A stretch of 32,000 bases of DNA from Candidatus Omnitrophota bacterium (lineage in GTDB: Bacteria; Omnitrophota; Gorgyraeia; Zapsychrales; JANLHA01), in contig OY759724.1 of NCBI GenBank assembly GCA_963662715.1, forward strand, positions 3,000,001 through 3,032,000, given 5' to 3'. The notes beneath the pieces are model-generated. The model ran no database searches, was not told where the DNA came from, and was given only the letters and a program-made list of their open reading frames with translations. The position numbers and the translations under genes are program-made. Shown here in pieces: positions 1 through 9,265 of this stretch (its first letter is position 1; every line of letters begins with the position of its first letter).

Positions 1-513
1 CAGGATTTATCCTTAAGCAATCCGGTCTGGGAATCACTCATTTATGCGCCGGCTTGGGCTGCGAGTGAGGCTAAATCAGCTAATGAAAGTATTGTCGATA
101 CTACGGGAACATACGTGTTTAGGTGCATAACCGCAGGTACGACCGGAACAGCAGAGCCTGTTTGGGATACGGCCGCTGTCGGCAACCAGACTACCGATAA
201 CGGAGTATCGTGGGTATACCTCGGTGAAACCGCAAAAAAGAGACAGTATGTCAACCGGTTGCGTGTGGCATTCTTTATTCCCACAGTAAACAGTACAACA
301 TCCGTTGTGGATTGGTTCCTTACTCCGCTGGAATCGATTGCCGTTCAGTCTCCGGTTGTTTTTAATGATCCTTCCATAACACCGGGTTTGCGTAAGGTGT
401 GCGCCTATGCCTTTCTAAACGGGAATAATTCTTCATTGAGGATACTCAGCAATACGGTTGAGACTGTGGATATGCATTTTGGAGCGAATCATGTTACCCT
501 TTATCTTCGTTAG
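1..513 (+). CDS. Hypothetical protein, 5'-truncated at the window edge, with a tail-fibre-like Thr/Gly-rich motif
   Basis: Frame 1 is open from nt 1 with no stop before TAG at 511-513, so the listed ATG at 115 is probably internal. The motif YVFRCITAGTTGTAEPVWDTAAVGNQTTDNGVSWVY resembles the AGTSG..EP.W....DG.V.W repeats I associate with phage tail-fibre / host-specificity proteins. This is recognition only, with no search done. Confidence 0.45.
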   Translation, partial: QDLSLSNPVWESLIYAPAWAASEAKSANESIVDTTGTYVFRCITAGTTGTAEPVWDTAAVGNQTTDNGVSWVYLGETAKKRQYVNRLRVAFFIPTVNSTTSVVDWFLTPLESIAVQSPVVFNDPSITPGLRKVCAYAFLNGNNSSLRILSNTVETVDMHFGANHVTLYLR

Positions 514-680
514 GGAATACAGAGATAGAAAAGATCAAAAAGGCATACAAAAAATGCAGGAGAGGTTCGGGGCGGCACGACAGAAGATTTCTTTATTGAC
601 GGTCTCCATAAGGATGACGTTGTGTTAAAGGATTTGTCTGGCGAGAGAATTATAGGTTGAGAACGGAGGGGAAGGACGCG

Positions 681-2105
681 ATGAAAAAGACCGTGAAAAA
701 ATCACCAGGACATTCAAAAGGATTATTTCGGCGCCGTTGGCGCCGGCCGCTGGCCGTGGCCGTGCATGACGGAACGGCATGGACTATGACGATTTTATCT
801 CTGTCGGGCGGACAGTGGCGTGCGGGTGCGCCGGTGGAATGCGATTCACGCAACGGGCGTCAGATCCCGAGAGTCCTTCTTGATGCCGCAGCGCAGTCCG
901 GTGTGCGTCGTCTGCGTCTGCTGTTGAGCGGTGATCCGCGGATTTTTTCGATCGAAGCGCATCATGAGCTTTTTCCGGAGGAATTGCAGTCCGCTTTGCG
1001 TTTTGAGGCCAAAGGGGAACTTGGCGCGGATGCCGAAGATATGCGGTTTGCCGCCGCACTGGTCTCACAATACGATATGGGCGCCGGGCGTCAGGATGTC
1101 CTGACAGCCGGGTTCGCCATTGAAAGTCTTGAGCAGTTTGCCGCTAACGCCCAGCGGGCCGGACTTGATTTTGAATCTGCCGGCGCTCTGGAATCCGCTA
1201 TTTTAAAATGGCATTCGTCACGCTCGCCGGAAAAGCGGCTGTTGTTCGTTCGAGAGAAAACGAGTTTTTATGTTGTTCCGGCCGATAATGCGCAGCCGTT
1301 TTGGGTGACAACCCTGCCGTTGGGTTTGGACGCTTTGCATGATCCTGTTGCCAGGGAGCGCGCGAAACGGGCGCATGAACGCCTAGCCGCGCACAAGACC
1401 TTACCTTTGTGTGTCGTCATCGCCGGAAATGGAAAGAAAGAGAAGTGTTTAGAAATAGAACCGCTGTTGGGCGGGGCCAGGGATATTGATATCATATCCT
1501 TGAAAGACATGCTATCCGAAGTCGTGTCTTGTGCCGCTTATGTACGGGAAAGCGGGCTTGATTCGCCTTGTGGGCTGATCGGCCTTCCTCCGGCTCCCCG
1601 CGATCCGCACCGGCACGGCACAGTGATCTTTTTTTTCATCCTTTTGATGACGTTGGGATGGATCGTCTTTCAGCGGCAGGCATATATTCAGAAAATCAAC
1701 CGGGCCCAACAGAGCCTGGAGAGATGGGAAGACCTTCAAACACAACGCCAAACAGCAAAAACTTCAGCCGGGAATTTGCGCGATCAGCTTGACCGTCAAC
1801 GTGCCGGTTTGCGTTTGCTGTCCAAACACCAGCCGCTTCCCCGCGGGATATTAACTATTCTTGACGCTGTCGCCCGTCATATGCCGGAATATTCACGGCT
1901 TGAATCGATCCGTCAGATAGAAGACGGTTTGGAAATCACAGGTATTACCCGTTGGCAGGAAGGGCTGTCTCAGTTGGATGAAGGGTTGCGGAAGGCTGCG
2001 GCGGCGGAAGGTTTGAGACGGGAATTCGGCGGACTGGAAACCATGGAAGATTCCGGCGTACAGCGTTTCCGTTTTATTGTGCGCGCCCCGGAGGTGTTGC
2101 CATGA
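681..2105 (+). CDS. GspL-like assembly-platform protein (cytoplasmic PilM-like domain, one TM segment, PilN-like coiled-coil periplasmic domain)
   Basis: ATG at 681 follows GGAGGGGAAGGA; the ORF track starts at TTG 657. About 300 aa of soluble N-terminal region precede a single hydrophobic segment (GTVIFFFILLMTLGWIVF). A Q/R-rich coiled coil and a C-terminal alpha-beta region follow. The stop overlaps the next start (ATGA at 2102-2105). Context is a pilB/pilC/secretin operon. Confidence 0.55.
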   Translation: MKKTVKKSPGHSKGLFRRRWRRPLAVAVHDGTAWTMTILSLSGGQWRAGAPVECDSRNGRQIPRVLLDAAAQSGVRRLRLLLSGDPRIFSIEAHHELFPEELQSALRFEAKGELGADAEDMRFAAALVSQYDMGAGRQDVLTAGFAIESLEQFAANAQRAGLDFESAGALESAILKWHSSRSPEKRLLFVREKTSFYVVPADNAQPFWVTTLPLGLDALHDPVARERAKRAHERLAAHKTLPLCVVIAGNGKKEKCLEIEPLLGGARDIDIISLKDMLSEVVSCAAYVRESGLDSPCGLIGLPPAPRDPHRHGTVIFFFILLMTLGWIVFQRQAYIQKINRAQQSLERWEDLQTQRQTAKTSAGNLRDQLDRQRAGLRLLSKHQPLPRGILTILDAVARHMPEYSRLESIRQIEDGLEITGITRWQEGLSQLDEGLRKAAAAEGLRREFGGLETMEDSGVQRFRFIVRAPEVLP

Positions 2106-4051
2106 AACGGGAATTACAGCGGGCTGTTCAAGGCTGGAAAAAAGAATTCGTGATGTTTTGGGGGCGTTTTAACGCCTTTCAACGCATTGTCATCGGCATT
2201 CTTTTGGCCATGGTTTTGGTGTACGCCGCGCGCGTAAAACTGCTGGATCCCATGCGCCGGGAGGTTGAAAAGGTTCATAAAACTTTGGAGGATGAAGGGG
2301 TGCCGGCTGTGATACCGACGCCTGAGCGGGATGATGAGATACAGCAGGACTTGCTGCGTATAGAGAATTTTGAGGAGAACATCAAAGAGGAAGCTGCTGA
2401 GAAGGGAAGGGCGGAAGCTCAAACATCTTATCGTTTAAACGCGGGGCCAGCGGATGCGCAGGCGGCTTTGATCGCCTTGGCCACCAAAAGCGGATTACGC
2501 GTACACGAAAACCGCTCTGTTGAGGTTGAGACACAAACGCGTGTGCCTCACGCGGCCTTTGCTTGTGAATTGCGGGGGGCCTTGTTTACATCTATTTTCC
2601 GGTTTCTTAACGCGTTTTCCTCCGAACCGTATTTATGGGAATTGGATCAGATTTCCCTGGAATTACTAGATCAAAAATCGACAGCTTCTGTTTCTGGGGT
2701 TTATCAACCCCCTGTGTTATCGCTGCGATTCCTTTTGCGGTTTTATATATATGGTAAAGAGACTACTGATGATCAGGAAGCTGATCAGGTTAAGGCCGAC
2801 CATATTGAAAATGTTTCTGCTGTTGATGAGCAAAATGAGCCATATATAAAAGAAACTGACGATGATCAGAAAATTGATCAATTTGAAGCTGACTATGTCG
2901 ATGGTGTCTCTGATGATGATAAAGAAGGTGAAGCCGTGCCGGACCGTACCGGTGAAACCTTTTACGTGTACCGTAAAAACAATTGGCTGGAAAATCAGTT
3001 TATCCCGTCAGGGTGGATGGGAGATATTCACAGCCTGTCATTCAATAACTGGTTTATTCCCGATCATTCCGTGGACGCGACGTATGTTGAGATAACATAC
3101 AACCCTGAAAGATTAAAGCAAGAAGGCTGGGCGGGTATTTACTGGCAGTCTTCTGAAAATAATTGGGGGGCCAGAAAATCGGGATATGATTTGCGGGGAT
3201 ACAATAAATTGATCTTTTCCGCCAAAGGCGCCAAGGGAGGGGAAGTTATTACCAAAGTCAAAGTCGGCGGAATAATAAAAGACAATATGACCGGAAAAAC
3301 GTTTGATTATCCTGATTCATTGGACACGGGCAAAGGGCCTATACGCCTCAGCGCCCGGTGGCAGGAATATTTTATCAATCTCGCTGGCAAAGACCTCTCC
3401 TATGTGAACGGCGGATTTGCGCTGATATTTAGCAAGGAACACACCGGGTCAACACAGACAATTCATATCGGTAATATCCGTTATGTTTACGATCCCGGCC
3501 TGACCGCGGAAGATGATTCGTTGAGTTTTCCGTTTCATGTTTATACAGATTACGGGGCTCTTGACAACCATTTTGTCCCCTCGGGATGGATGCCGGGTTC
3601 CTTGGTGAAAGATTTAAAGATGGATACCAATTGGATAGAGAATCCCTACAGGGGTGAGAGCTGTATAAAAATTGAATACAGAAACAATTCCGGAATCCGA
3701 TGGGCCGGCATTGCCTGGCAGGAGCCGGCGAATAACTGGGGAGCCGTGGCGGATGCCGGCTATAACCTGCGGGGAGCGAAAAAGCTCACTTTTTGGGCGA
3801 AAGGTGAACAGGGCGGAGAAATCATCAATGAATTTAAAGTGGGCGGATTAATAAACGGCGCTTATCCGGATTCGGGCAGCGCGAGCATCTTTCATATTCA
3901 GTTAACAGACCAATGGAAAAAATACGAAATCAACTTGCACGGCACTGATCTTTCGCACGTGATCGGCGGTTTTGGTTTTTCAACAAGCATAGATAATAAT
4001 GATCCTGACGGAGTCGTTTTTTATATTGATGAAATTAAATATGAGGATTAA
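2102..4051 (+). CDS. PilO/GspM-like membrane-anchored protein carrying an acidic repeat linker and two tandem beta-sandwich (carbohydrate-binding-like) modules
   Basis: An N-terminal TM segment (IVIGILLAMVLVYAA) is followed by a charged coiled coil, as in PilO/GspM. An acidic D/E/Q linker follows, then two homologous modules of roughly 165-180 aa. Shared module signature: F.VY......N.F.PSGWM ... WAGI.WQ...NNWG....GY.LRG..KL.F.AKG..GGE.I...KVGG ... W..Y.INL.G.DLS.V.GGF. Module 1 is about 2960-3500 and module 2 about 3527-4048. Confidence 0.55.
   Translation: MKRELQRAVQGWKKEFVMFWGRFNAFQRIVIGILLAMVLVYAARVKLLDPMRREVEKVHKTLEDEGVPAVIPTPERDDEIQQDLLRIENFEENIKEEAAEKGRAEAQTSYRLNAGPADAQAALIALATKSGLRVHENRSVEVETQTRVPHAAFACELRGALFTSIFRFLNAFSSEPYLWELDQISLELLDQKSTASVSGVYQPPVLSLRFLLRFYIYGKETTDDQEADQVKADHIENVSAVDEQNEPYIKETDDDQKIDQFEADYVDGVSDDDKEGEAVPDRTGETFYVYRKNNWLENQFIPSGWMGDIHSLSFNNWFIPDHSVDATYVEITYNPERLKQEGWAGIYWQSSENNWGARKSGYDLRGYNKLIFSAKGAKGGEVITKVKVGGIIKDNMTGKTFDYPDSLDTGKGPIRLSARWQEYFINLAGKDLSYVNGGFALIFSKEHTGSTQTIHIGNIRYVYDPGLTAEDDSLSFPFHVYTDYGALDNHFVPSGWMPGSLVKDLKMDTNWIENPYRGESCIKIEYRNNSGIRWAGIAWQEPANNWGAVADAGYNLRGAKKLTFWAKGEQGGEIINEFKVGGLINGAYPDSGSASIFHIQLTDQWKKYEINLHGTDLSHVIGGFGFSTSIDNNDPDGVVFYIDEIKYED
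2759..2911 (+). repeat. In-frame 60-nt acidic repeat, two copies with 93-nt period
   Basis: ETTDDQEADQVKADHIENVS (2759-2818) and ETDDDQKIDQFEADYVDGVS (2852-2911) align at both the nucleotide and peptide level. Confidence 0.7.
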
Positions 4052-4082
4052 TTATGCATATTTCAAATGAGGCAAAAAAATA

Positions 4083-5537
4083 ATGAGTAAGGACCGCACG
4101 ATTGACTTGTCTAAAGTGGTGATCTCGGATGAGGCGTTATCACGTCTACCCGCTCGGTTGGCACGCCGCTTCGGGATTTTACCAGTCGCATTGGATGGCG
4201 ACACCCTGACGGTCGTTCAAACGAATCCCGATGATCTCCTGGGTCCTATGCAGATTGAAGGGCAGCTGGGGTTAAGGATTCTTACGGTGCCTGCAACGCG
4301 CCCCACCGCAGTTGGACGCGCTATTGAGCGTTACTATAGCGGACCGACAGCGGACGCGACCTCAACGGGGCTGGATGTTCTCGAACATCTGGTCAACCGC
4401 GCCATTCAAATACACTGTTCCGATATTCATCTGGATCCGGAAGAAGGTGTCGGTCTTGTCCGTATGCGCGTGGACGGCATGATGCGTGTTATTAGCGAGT
4501 ATCCGTTGGATTTTTTGAGCAATCTTGTCGCCGCTGTTAAAGTCGCTGCCAAGCTTGATATTTCGGAAAGCCGTGCGCCTCAGGACGGACAGATGGAAAT
4601 CGAAAGCCTTGGGGAATCCGTGGTTATGCGTGTGGCTGTAATTCCGACGGTACATGGAGAGAAGGTCACGCTGCGTATCCTGGCGACCGCCGCGGTTTCT
4701 GAAGAGCTCGACCGGCTGGATTCGCTGGGTATGAACGAATCGCATTACAAGACATTTTGCTCCGCACTCGATCAGTCCCATGGAGTTATTCTTCTTTCTG
4801 GCCCCACGGGAAGCGGTAAGACGACCACGCTTTATGCCGCTCTGCGCCAGTTGCGCAAAAGCGGTAGCCGGCACATTATCAGCATAGAAAATCCCGTGGA
4901 AGTCCCTCTGCGGGGGGTCAATCAGCTTCAGATTGATGGGGAGCGAATCACTTTTGCCAAGGCGCTGCGCAGTGTTTTGCGGCATGACCCGGATGTGATC
5001 ATGATCGGAGAGATTCGTGATGTGGAAACGGCTGATATCGCGATCAAGAGTGCGCTGACCGGGCATATTGTCTTGGCGACACTGCATGCCAACAGTTCTG
5101 TATCAGTCATTACCCGTCTGCTTAATCTCGGGGTCAGCGCTGAAATGGTCGCGTCCACGTTGCGTTTAGTGATCGCTCAACGCCTGGTGCGCCGTCCGTG
5201 TCCGCATTGCGTGGACTGGGAACCGGTCGGGGAATCGCTTCGTGACCAATTCGGATGGGCTCAAGACGCTCCCTTGAAAGTTCCTCACGCGGTCGGATGT
5301 CCGCTGTGCGGCCAGCTCGGATACGCGGGACGCACGGGACTCTATGAAATGATTCCGGTGGACCGTATGTTGCGTGATTTGATCGTGACGGGGGCCTCTG
5401 AGGATATTATGGCCGATGCTGTTTTTAAACGCAAGGGTGCGATGACATTGATGAGCGATGGCGCAGCTAAGATCGCAGCCGGCCTGACGACGCCGGAAGA
5501 AGTGAGGCGTGTTACATTTCTTGGGGAAGGCTTCTGA
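4083..5537 (+). CDS. GspE/PilB-family secretion/pilus-extension ATPase
   Basis: Walker A GPTGSGKTTT, Asp box IISIENPVE, Walker B DPDVIMIGEIRD, His box TGHIVLATLHAN, and the tetracysteine motif CPHC...CPLC. There is an N-terminal T2SSE_N-like domain. The stop overlaps the next start (TGATG at 5535-5539). Confidence 0.9.
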   Translation: MSKDRTIDLSKVVISDEALSRLPARLARRFGILPVALDGDTLTVVQTNPDDLLGPMQIEGQLGLRILTVPATRPTAVGRAIERYYSGPTADATSTGLDVLEHLVNRAIQIHCSDIHLDPEEGVGLVRMRVDGMMRVISEYPLDFLSNLVAAVKVAAKLDISESRAPQDGQMEIESLGESVVMRVAVIPTVHGEKVTLRILATAAVSEELDRLDSLGMNESHYKTFCSALDQSHGVILLSGPTGSGKTTTLYAALRQLRKSGSRHIISIENPVEVPLRGVNQLQIDGERITFAKALRSVLRHDPDVIMIGEIRDVETADIAIKSALTGHIVLATLHANSSVSVITRLLNLGVSAEMVASTLRLVIAQRLVRRPCPHCVDWEPVGESLRDQFGWAQDAPLKVPHAVGCPLCGQLGYAGRTGLYEMIPVDRMLRDLIVTGASEDIMADAVFKRKGAMTLMSDGAAKIAAGLTTPEEVRRVTFLGEGF

Positions 5538-6781
5538 TGGCTAGATATGTTTATACTGCACATACTGCCGGTGGACGGCGGACAGGAACCCTTGAGGCCG
5601 ATTCGGAGAATGCGGCCCTGCAAAGACTGCGTGCGCAAAAGGTCACTGTTTTGGATCTGCGGATGGCATCTGCGGCGGGAGAAGATGACGCAAGGAATGA
5701 AGAGCTATTCAGATTGGATATTTTTCAGCGATGGCCGATCCGGGCACAAGACCTGGAGTTAATTCTGCGTCAGACCGGTTCGTTGCTGCATAGCGGTGTT
5801 CCGATCATTACCGCACTGACAGCCATTGCCCGTACATGTCCCGCGAGGGCGGCCCGTGCATTGAATCTTGTTTCGCAGGAGGTGCGCAAAGGTAAGCCAT
5901 TCAGTAAGGCGTTGGGCTCCTGCATGCCGGGTTTGGACCGCGTGACCCTGGGATTGATCAGTGTCGGTGAAGCCAACGGAACGCTTGATGAGATGTGCCG
6001 GTACTCCGCTAATTTGATGGAACGAGCCCGCAAATTGCGCGCTCAGATGATTGAGACATTTACTTATCCGGCCATTGTGATCCTTGGTGCCATGGGAGTC
6101 GGTTATTATATGGTTCGTCATGTTTTCCCGGTTGTCATGAAGTTTATTGAGGGAAGCGGACGGAAGGCGGCTGTTTTGCCGTTGCCGACACGCATGGTGA
6201 TAGCACTTGATGGTTTTTTATCGACTTATGGAATTTTTATCCTTTTAGCGCCGGTTGTATTGGCGATTGTTATCATGGCCTTGCGCAAATATCCGCGTTC
6301 GGGTGAAATCGTCGATGCCTTGGCGCTTAAAATTCCGTTATTAGGGGGGGCATTTTGTTTTCACGCAAACACAATGTGGTGCCGGACTCTGGGATCCATG
6401 CTGTCGGGTGGGTTAGATGTTCTGGCGGCAGTTGATTTGACGCAGGCAACCATGAACAACTGGGTGTATGCTCTTGAACTCGGATCTATAAAAGACACTA
6501 TCCGTAACGGCCGCAGCCTGGGGGACAGTATCGGCGCAAGCCGGCTTGCCCAATTAAACCCTATGGCACATACGATGATCAGTGTCAGCGAACAGGGCGG
6601 ACGGCTGGCGGAAAGTTTGATTGAAGCCGCGGAGTTTTCCCAGGATCAATTGAACAGGCGCGTTGAGTTGTTGAGCAGTATTGTCGAGCCGGCGATCTTG
6701 CTGATTGTCGGAGGTTTTGTCGGATTGGTTTATTTCGGATTTTTTATGGCCATTTATTCGGCCACGCGCTCGGCGTTGTAG
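5537..6781 (+). CDS. GspF/PilC-family inner-membrane platform protein
   Basis: 414 aa with two repeated cytoplasmic helical domains and three hydrophobic segments (PAIVILGAMGVGYYMV, FILLAPVVLAIVIMAL, PAILLIVGGFVGLVYFGFFMAIY). It sits immediately after the ATPase gene. Confidence 0.85.
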   Translation: MARYVYTAHTAGGRRTGTLEADSENAALQRLRAQKVTVLDLRMASAAGEDDARNEELFRLDIFQRWPIRAQDLELILRQTGSLLHSGVPIITALTAIARTCPARAARALNLVSQEVRKGKPFSKALGSCMPGLDRVTLGLISVGEANGTLDEMCRYSANLMERARKLRAQMIETFTYPAIVILGAMGVGYYMVRHVFPVVMKFIEGSGRKAAVLPLPTRMVIALDGFLSTYGIFILLAPVVLAIVIMALRKYPRSGEIVDALALKIPLLGGAFCFHANTMWCRTLGSMLSGGLDVLAAVDLTQATMNNWVYALELGSIKDTIRNGRSLGDSIGASRLAQLNPMAHTMISVSEQGGRLAESLIEAAEFSQDQLNRRVELLSSIVEPAILLIVGGFVGLVYFGFFMAIYSATRSAL

Positions 6782-6817
6782 TATTTGGAAATGATATTGA
6801 AAACAGGAGGAAAAGAG

Positions 6818-7258
6818 ATGACAGTCTTGAAGAACAAAGGCATTTTTATGATCGGCCTGTTTGCCACGGCATCGTTGTTTATATGTAATGGGTTTTCAAT
6901 GGCGCAGGAAGCAAAGACGGCTGATCCGTTAAATAACCCGTTTGAGATGCGAGGAGATGAGGGATTTGTCAACGCCGGACTTGTTAATCTTCCGGCGGGA
7001 ATACGCGTTCTGGGGATCCTGGCGCCGAAAGGACGCGATCCCGTCGGTGTGATCGAAATACCCGGAATGCCCAATGTCTATTTTGTTAAATCCGGCGATG
7101 TGATCCAGGTGGAATTTAACGAGCATGGGAATAAGAAAGTTGCGGGCGCAACGGTCGCTCCGCAGCGGCAGATTTATTTACTTGTGCAATCTGTCACGTC
7201 AGACGAAATTGTTATCGCGCCGCAAACCCGTCCGCAGGAGACGCGGATTTACCGTTAG
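6818..7258 (+). CDS. Small secreted protein, possibly a PilP/GspC-like secretin-docking component
   Basis: ATG at 6818 lies 7 nt after AGGAGG. Signal peptide MTVLKNKGIFMIGLFATASLFICNGFSMAQEA. The beta-rich C-terminus and the position directly upstream of the secretin gene suggest the role. The function is inferred from position only. Confidence 0.4.
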   Translation: MTVLKNKGIFMIGLFATASLFICNGFSMAQEAKTADPLNNPFEMRGDEGFVNAGLVNLPAGIRVLGILAPKGRDPVGVIEIPGMPNVYFVKSGDVIQVEFNEHGNKKVAGATVAPQRQIYLLVQSVTSDEIVIAPQTRPQETRIYR

Positions 7259-7348
7259 GGAAAAACAAACGGGGTATATCTCCTACGCATGGCGGGCGCA
7301 GCATATGTTCGACTAACTCATAAAACGTATTTTTTACAGGAGGTTATT

Positions 7349-9265
7349 ATGCGGTTAAAACAATATAAAAAAAATACCGGGAACGGTTTCCGGCATGGAG
7401 ATCTTTTTGACTCTGGCCGAACCCGCCGAAGGCCGGAGATAATCCGGTATGGGATGATTCTGCTGGTCATAGCGGCGGTATCGCGAGTTTTTATCCCGGC
7501 AAATTCCGTTTCCGCCCAGGCGCCATCGCCGGTCATTGAGTCGGTTTTTGCCAGGGGCATGACTTTGCGGGATTTCACTGAACTTTTGACGCGCGGATTT
7601 GGCGCTGAGTGGAAAGTGTTGGTCAGCGAGAAAGCCGGTGATCGGAAAATCCGTTTTTTTATGGCTGACGCGGGAGTTGAGGAAACCTTGCAGGCGCTGT
7701 GCACATCCTATGGGCTCTGGTACCGGCGTTCATCCGACAGCGGGATCATCCAAATCATGACACTGGAGGAATACCGCGAAAGCATTAATTTATACGCCGA
7801 TGAACTGGTTGAGGTGGTTCCGGTGCTTTATCCGTCGCCTGAAGAAATCGGCGATTCTCTGGCACGCCTGTTTCAGGACCGTGTGGTGTGGGATCCGCCG
7901 TCGGAAGATGTTGGGAACGATATCACGCGTATTGAGGATGCCCTTGACCGCATGGATACAATCGCTAATCGCGCGACACTGGTGGACACGGAAGGAGAAT
8001 CGTGGACCTCCGGAAGCTCGAGTACAGATCGATATGAAAGACAAAGCTATTCGAACTGGCGTACTGACCGATACGGAAGGCGGACATATGATGACCGCGA
8101 CCGCGGGGCAAGCGACACGCACAGCGTTGATGATGTTGTTTCCAGCCGCGAGCAGGAGATGGCCGTGCGACAGAAAGAGGTTTCCCCGCTGGAATTCTTT
8201 GAGAAGGAGAGGGCTTCCCGCCCCGGCCTGGTGTATGTTTCGGCGGCGCCGATGGCTAACGCGCTGGTCTTGCGTTCCAGTGACGCAAAATCGCTGAAGC
8301 TTGTCAAACGGGTCATTAATGAACTGGATAAACCGAAACCCCAGGTATTGCTTGAGGTCAAGGTGCTGGAAATAACGCTGTCAGATGAACAGGCACGCGG
8401 CGTGGACTGGCTGTTCCGAAAAGAACGCGGAGACGACATTATAAGCGGGGGGATGTCGAGAGGGATTACCTCTACACCGGGGGATCTGATCGAATCGTCC
8501 GACATAACCACACTGGTTATGCAGGGGGAAGGCCTTGATCCGATGGCTGCTGTGTTTAATGTCGTCAGTGATAATGTGCGCGCGCGTCTGCAGCTTTTGC
8601 AGGAGGAGAACCGTGTTAAGGCACTGGCAACCCCCACACTCCTGGTGTCGGACAATGAGGCTTCACGGATTTTTATCGGAAGTGAAGTCACTGTGCTCGA
8701 AAAAGTTGAGACAACTACCACGACAACCACCACCAGTACCACCACCGAGAAAGAGGGTAATACTTCTGTTACCGCTCCGCGCAAGCGTATCGGGACCACC
8801 TTGCTGATCACACCCAAGATCCATGCTGATCGCACGGTGACCATCCGTATTCTGCAGGAAACCACCGCACTTGGGGACGAACGCTCTGTTTCCTATGGCT
8901 CCTCTGACGAAGACGGAGGATTTCTTTCTCAGGATGTGGAAGAAACGTCCGTGACAACCACTGTTATGGCAAGCGATGGGCATACCATTGCTATTGGGGG
9001 ATTGATCCAAGAAGAGCATGGTTATCAGGAATCTGGCATTCCCGGGCTCATGCACATTCCTGTTTTAGGCAATCTTTTTAAAAAGACGGTCAAATCCAAG
9101 ACGCGCACAGAACTGCTCGTTTTGATACAGCCGCGTGTTTTACTGGCTCCGGGTGAGGCTGACAGCGCGTCACGCGCGTTTATTGAGAAAGCCAGCCGCC
9201 ACTCCGATATATTGCTACCCTCACCGCACGCTGAGGATGAAAGGCAGGAACCCAATGCCCCGTGA
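7349..9265 (+). CDS. Secretin (GspD/PilQ family outer-membrane channel)
   Basis: ATG at 7349 follows AGGAGG. Secretin-domain signatures: LLEVKVLEITLSDEQARGVDW, ALATPTLLVSDNEASRIFIGSEV, GIPGLMHIPVLGNLFKKTVKSKTRTELLVLIQPRVL. An N-terminal hydrophobic anchor/signal is present. Confidence 0.85.
   Translation: MRLKQYKKNTGNGFRHGDLFDSGRTRRRPEIIRYGMILLVIAAVSRVFIPANSVSAQAPSPVIESVFARGMTLRDFTELLTRGFGAEWKVLVSEKAGDRKIRFFMADAGVEETLQALCTSYGLWYRRSSDSGIIQIMTLEEYRESINLYADELVEVVPVLYPSPEEIGDSLARLFQDRVVWDPPSEDVGNDITRIEDALDRMDTIANRATLVDTEGESWTSGSSSTDRYERQSYSNWRTDRYGRRTYDDRDRGASDTHSVDDVVSSREQEMAVRQKEVSPLEFFEKERASRPGLVYVSAAPMANALVLRSSDAKSLKLVKRVINELDKPKPQVLLEVKVLEITLSDEQARGVDWLFRKERGDDIISGGMSRGITSTPGDLIESSDITTLVMQGEGLDPMAAVFNVVSDNVRARLQLLQEENRVKALATPTLLVSDNEASRIFIGSEVTVLEKVETTTTTTTTSTTTEKEGNTSVTAPRKRIGTTLLITPKIHADRTVTIRILQETTALGDERSVSYGSSDEDGGFLSQDVEETSVTTTVMASDGHTIAIGGLIQEEHGYQESGIPGLMHIPVLGNLFKKTVKSKTRTELLVLIQPRVLLAPGEADSASRAFIEKASRHSDILLPSPHAEDERQEPNAP

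Noticed and set aside
4362-5087. 241-aa minus-strand ORF, plus the shorter antisense ORFs at 4928-5158 and 5342-5638.
   Set aside because: They lie entirely antisense to the strongly supported PilB/GspE gene in GC-rich DNA, where long spurious antisense ORFs are expected. No motifs are present.
7800-8865. 165-aa + strand alternative-frame ORF (7800-8297) and 272-aa minus-strand ORF (8047-8865) within the secretin gene.
   Set aside because: Both overlap the secretin coding frame, which carries clear family signatures. Their translations are low-complexity (R/S/V-rich) and typical of off-frame GC-rich sequence.
9135-9254. 40-codon N-terminal extension of the PilT ORF (start at 9135).
   Set aside because: It overlaps the secretin 3' end in another frame and has no PilT homology. 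The canonical PilT N-terminus begins at ATG 9255.
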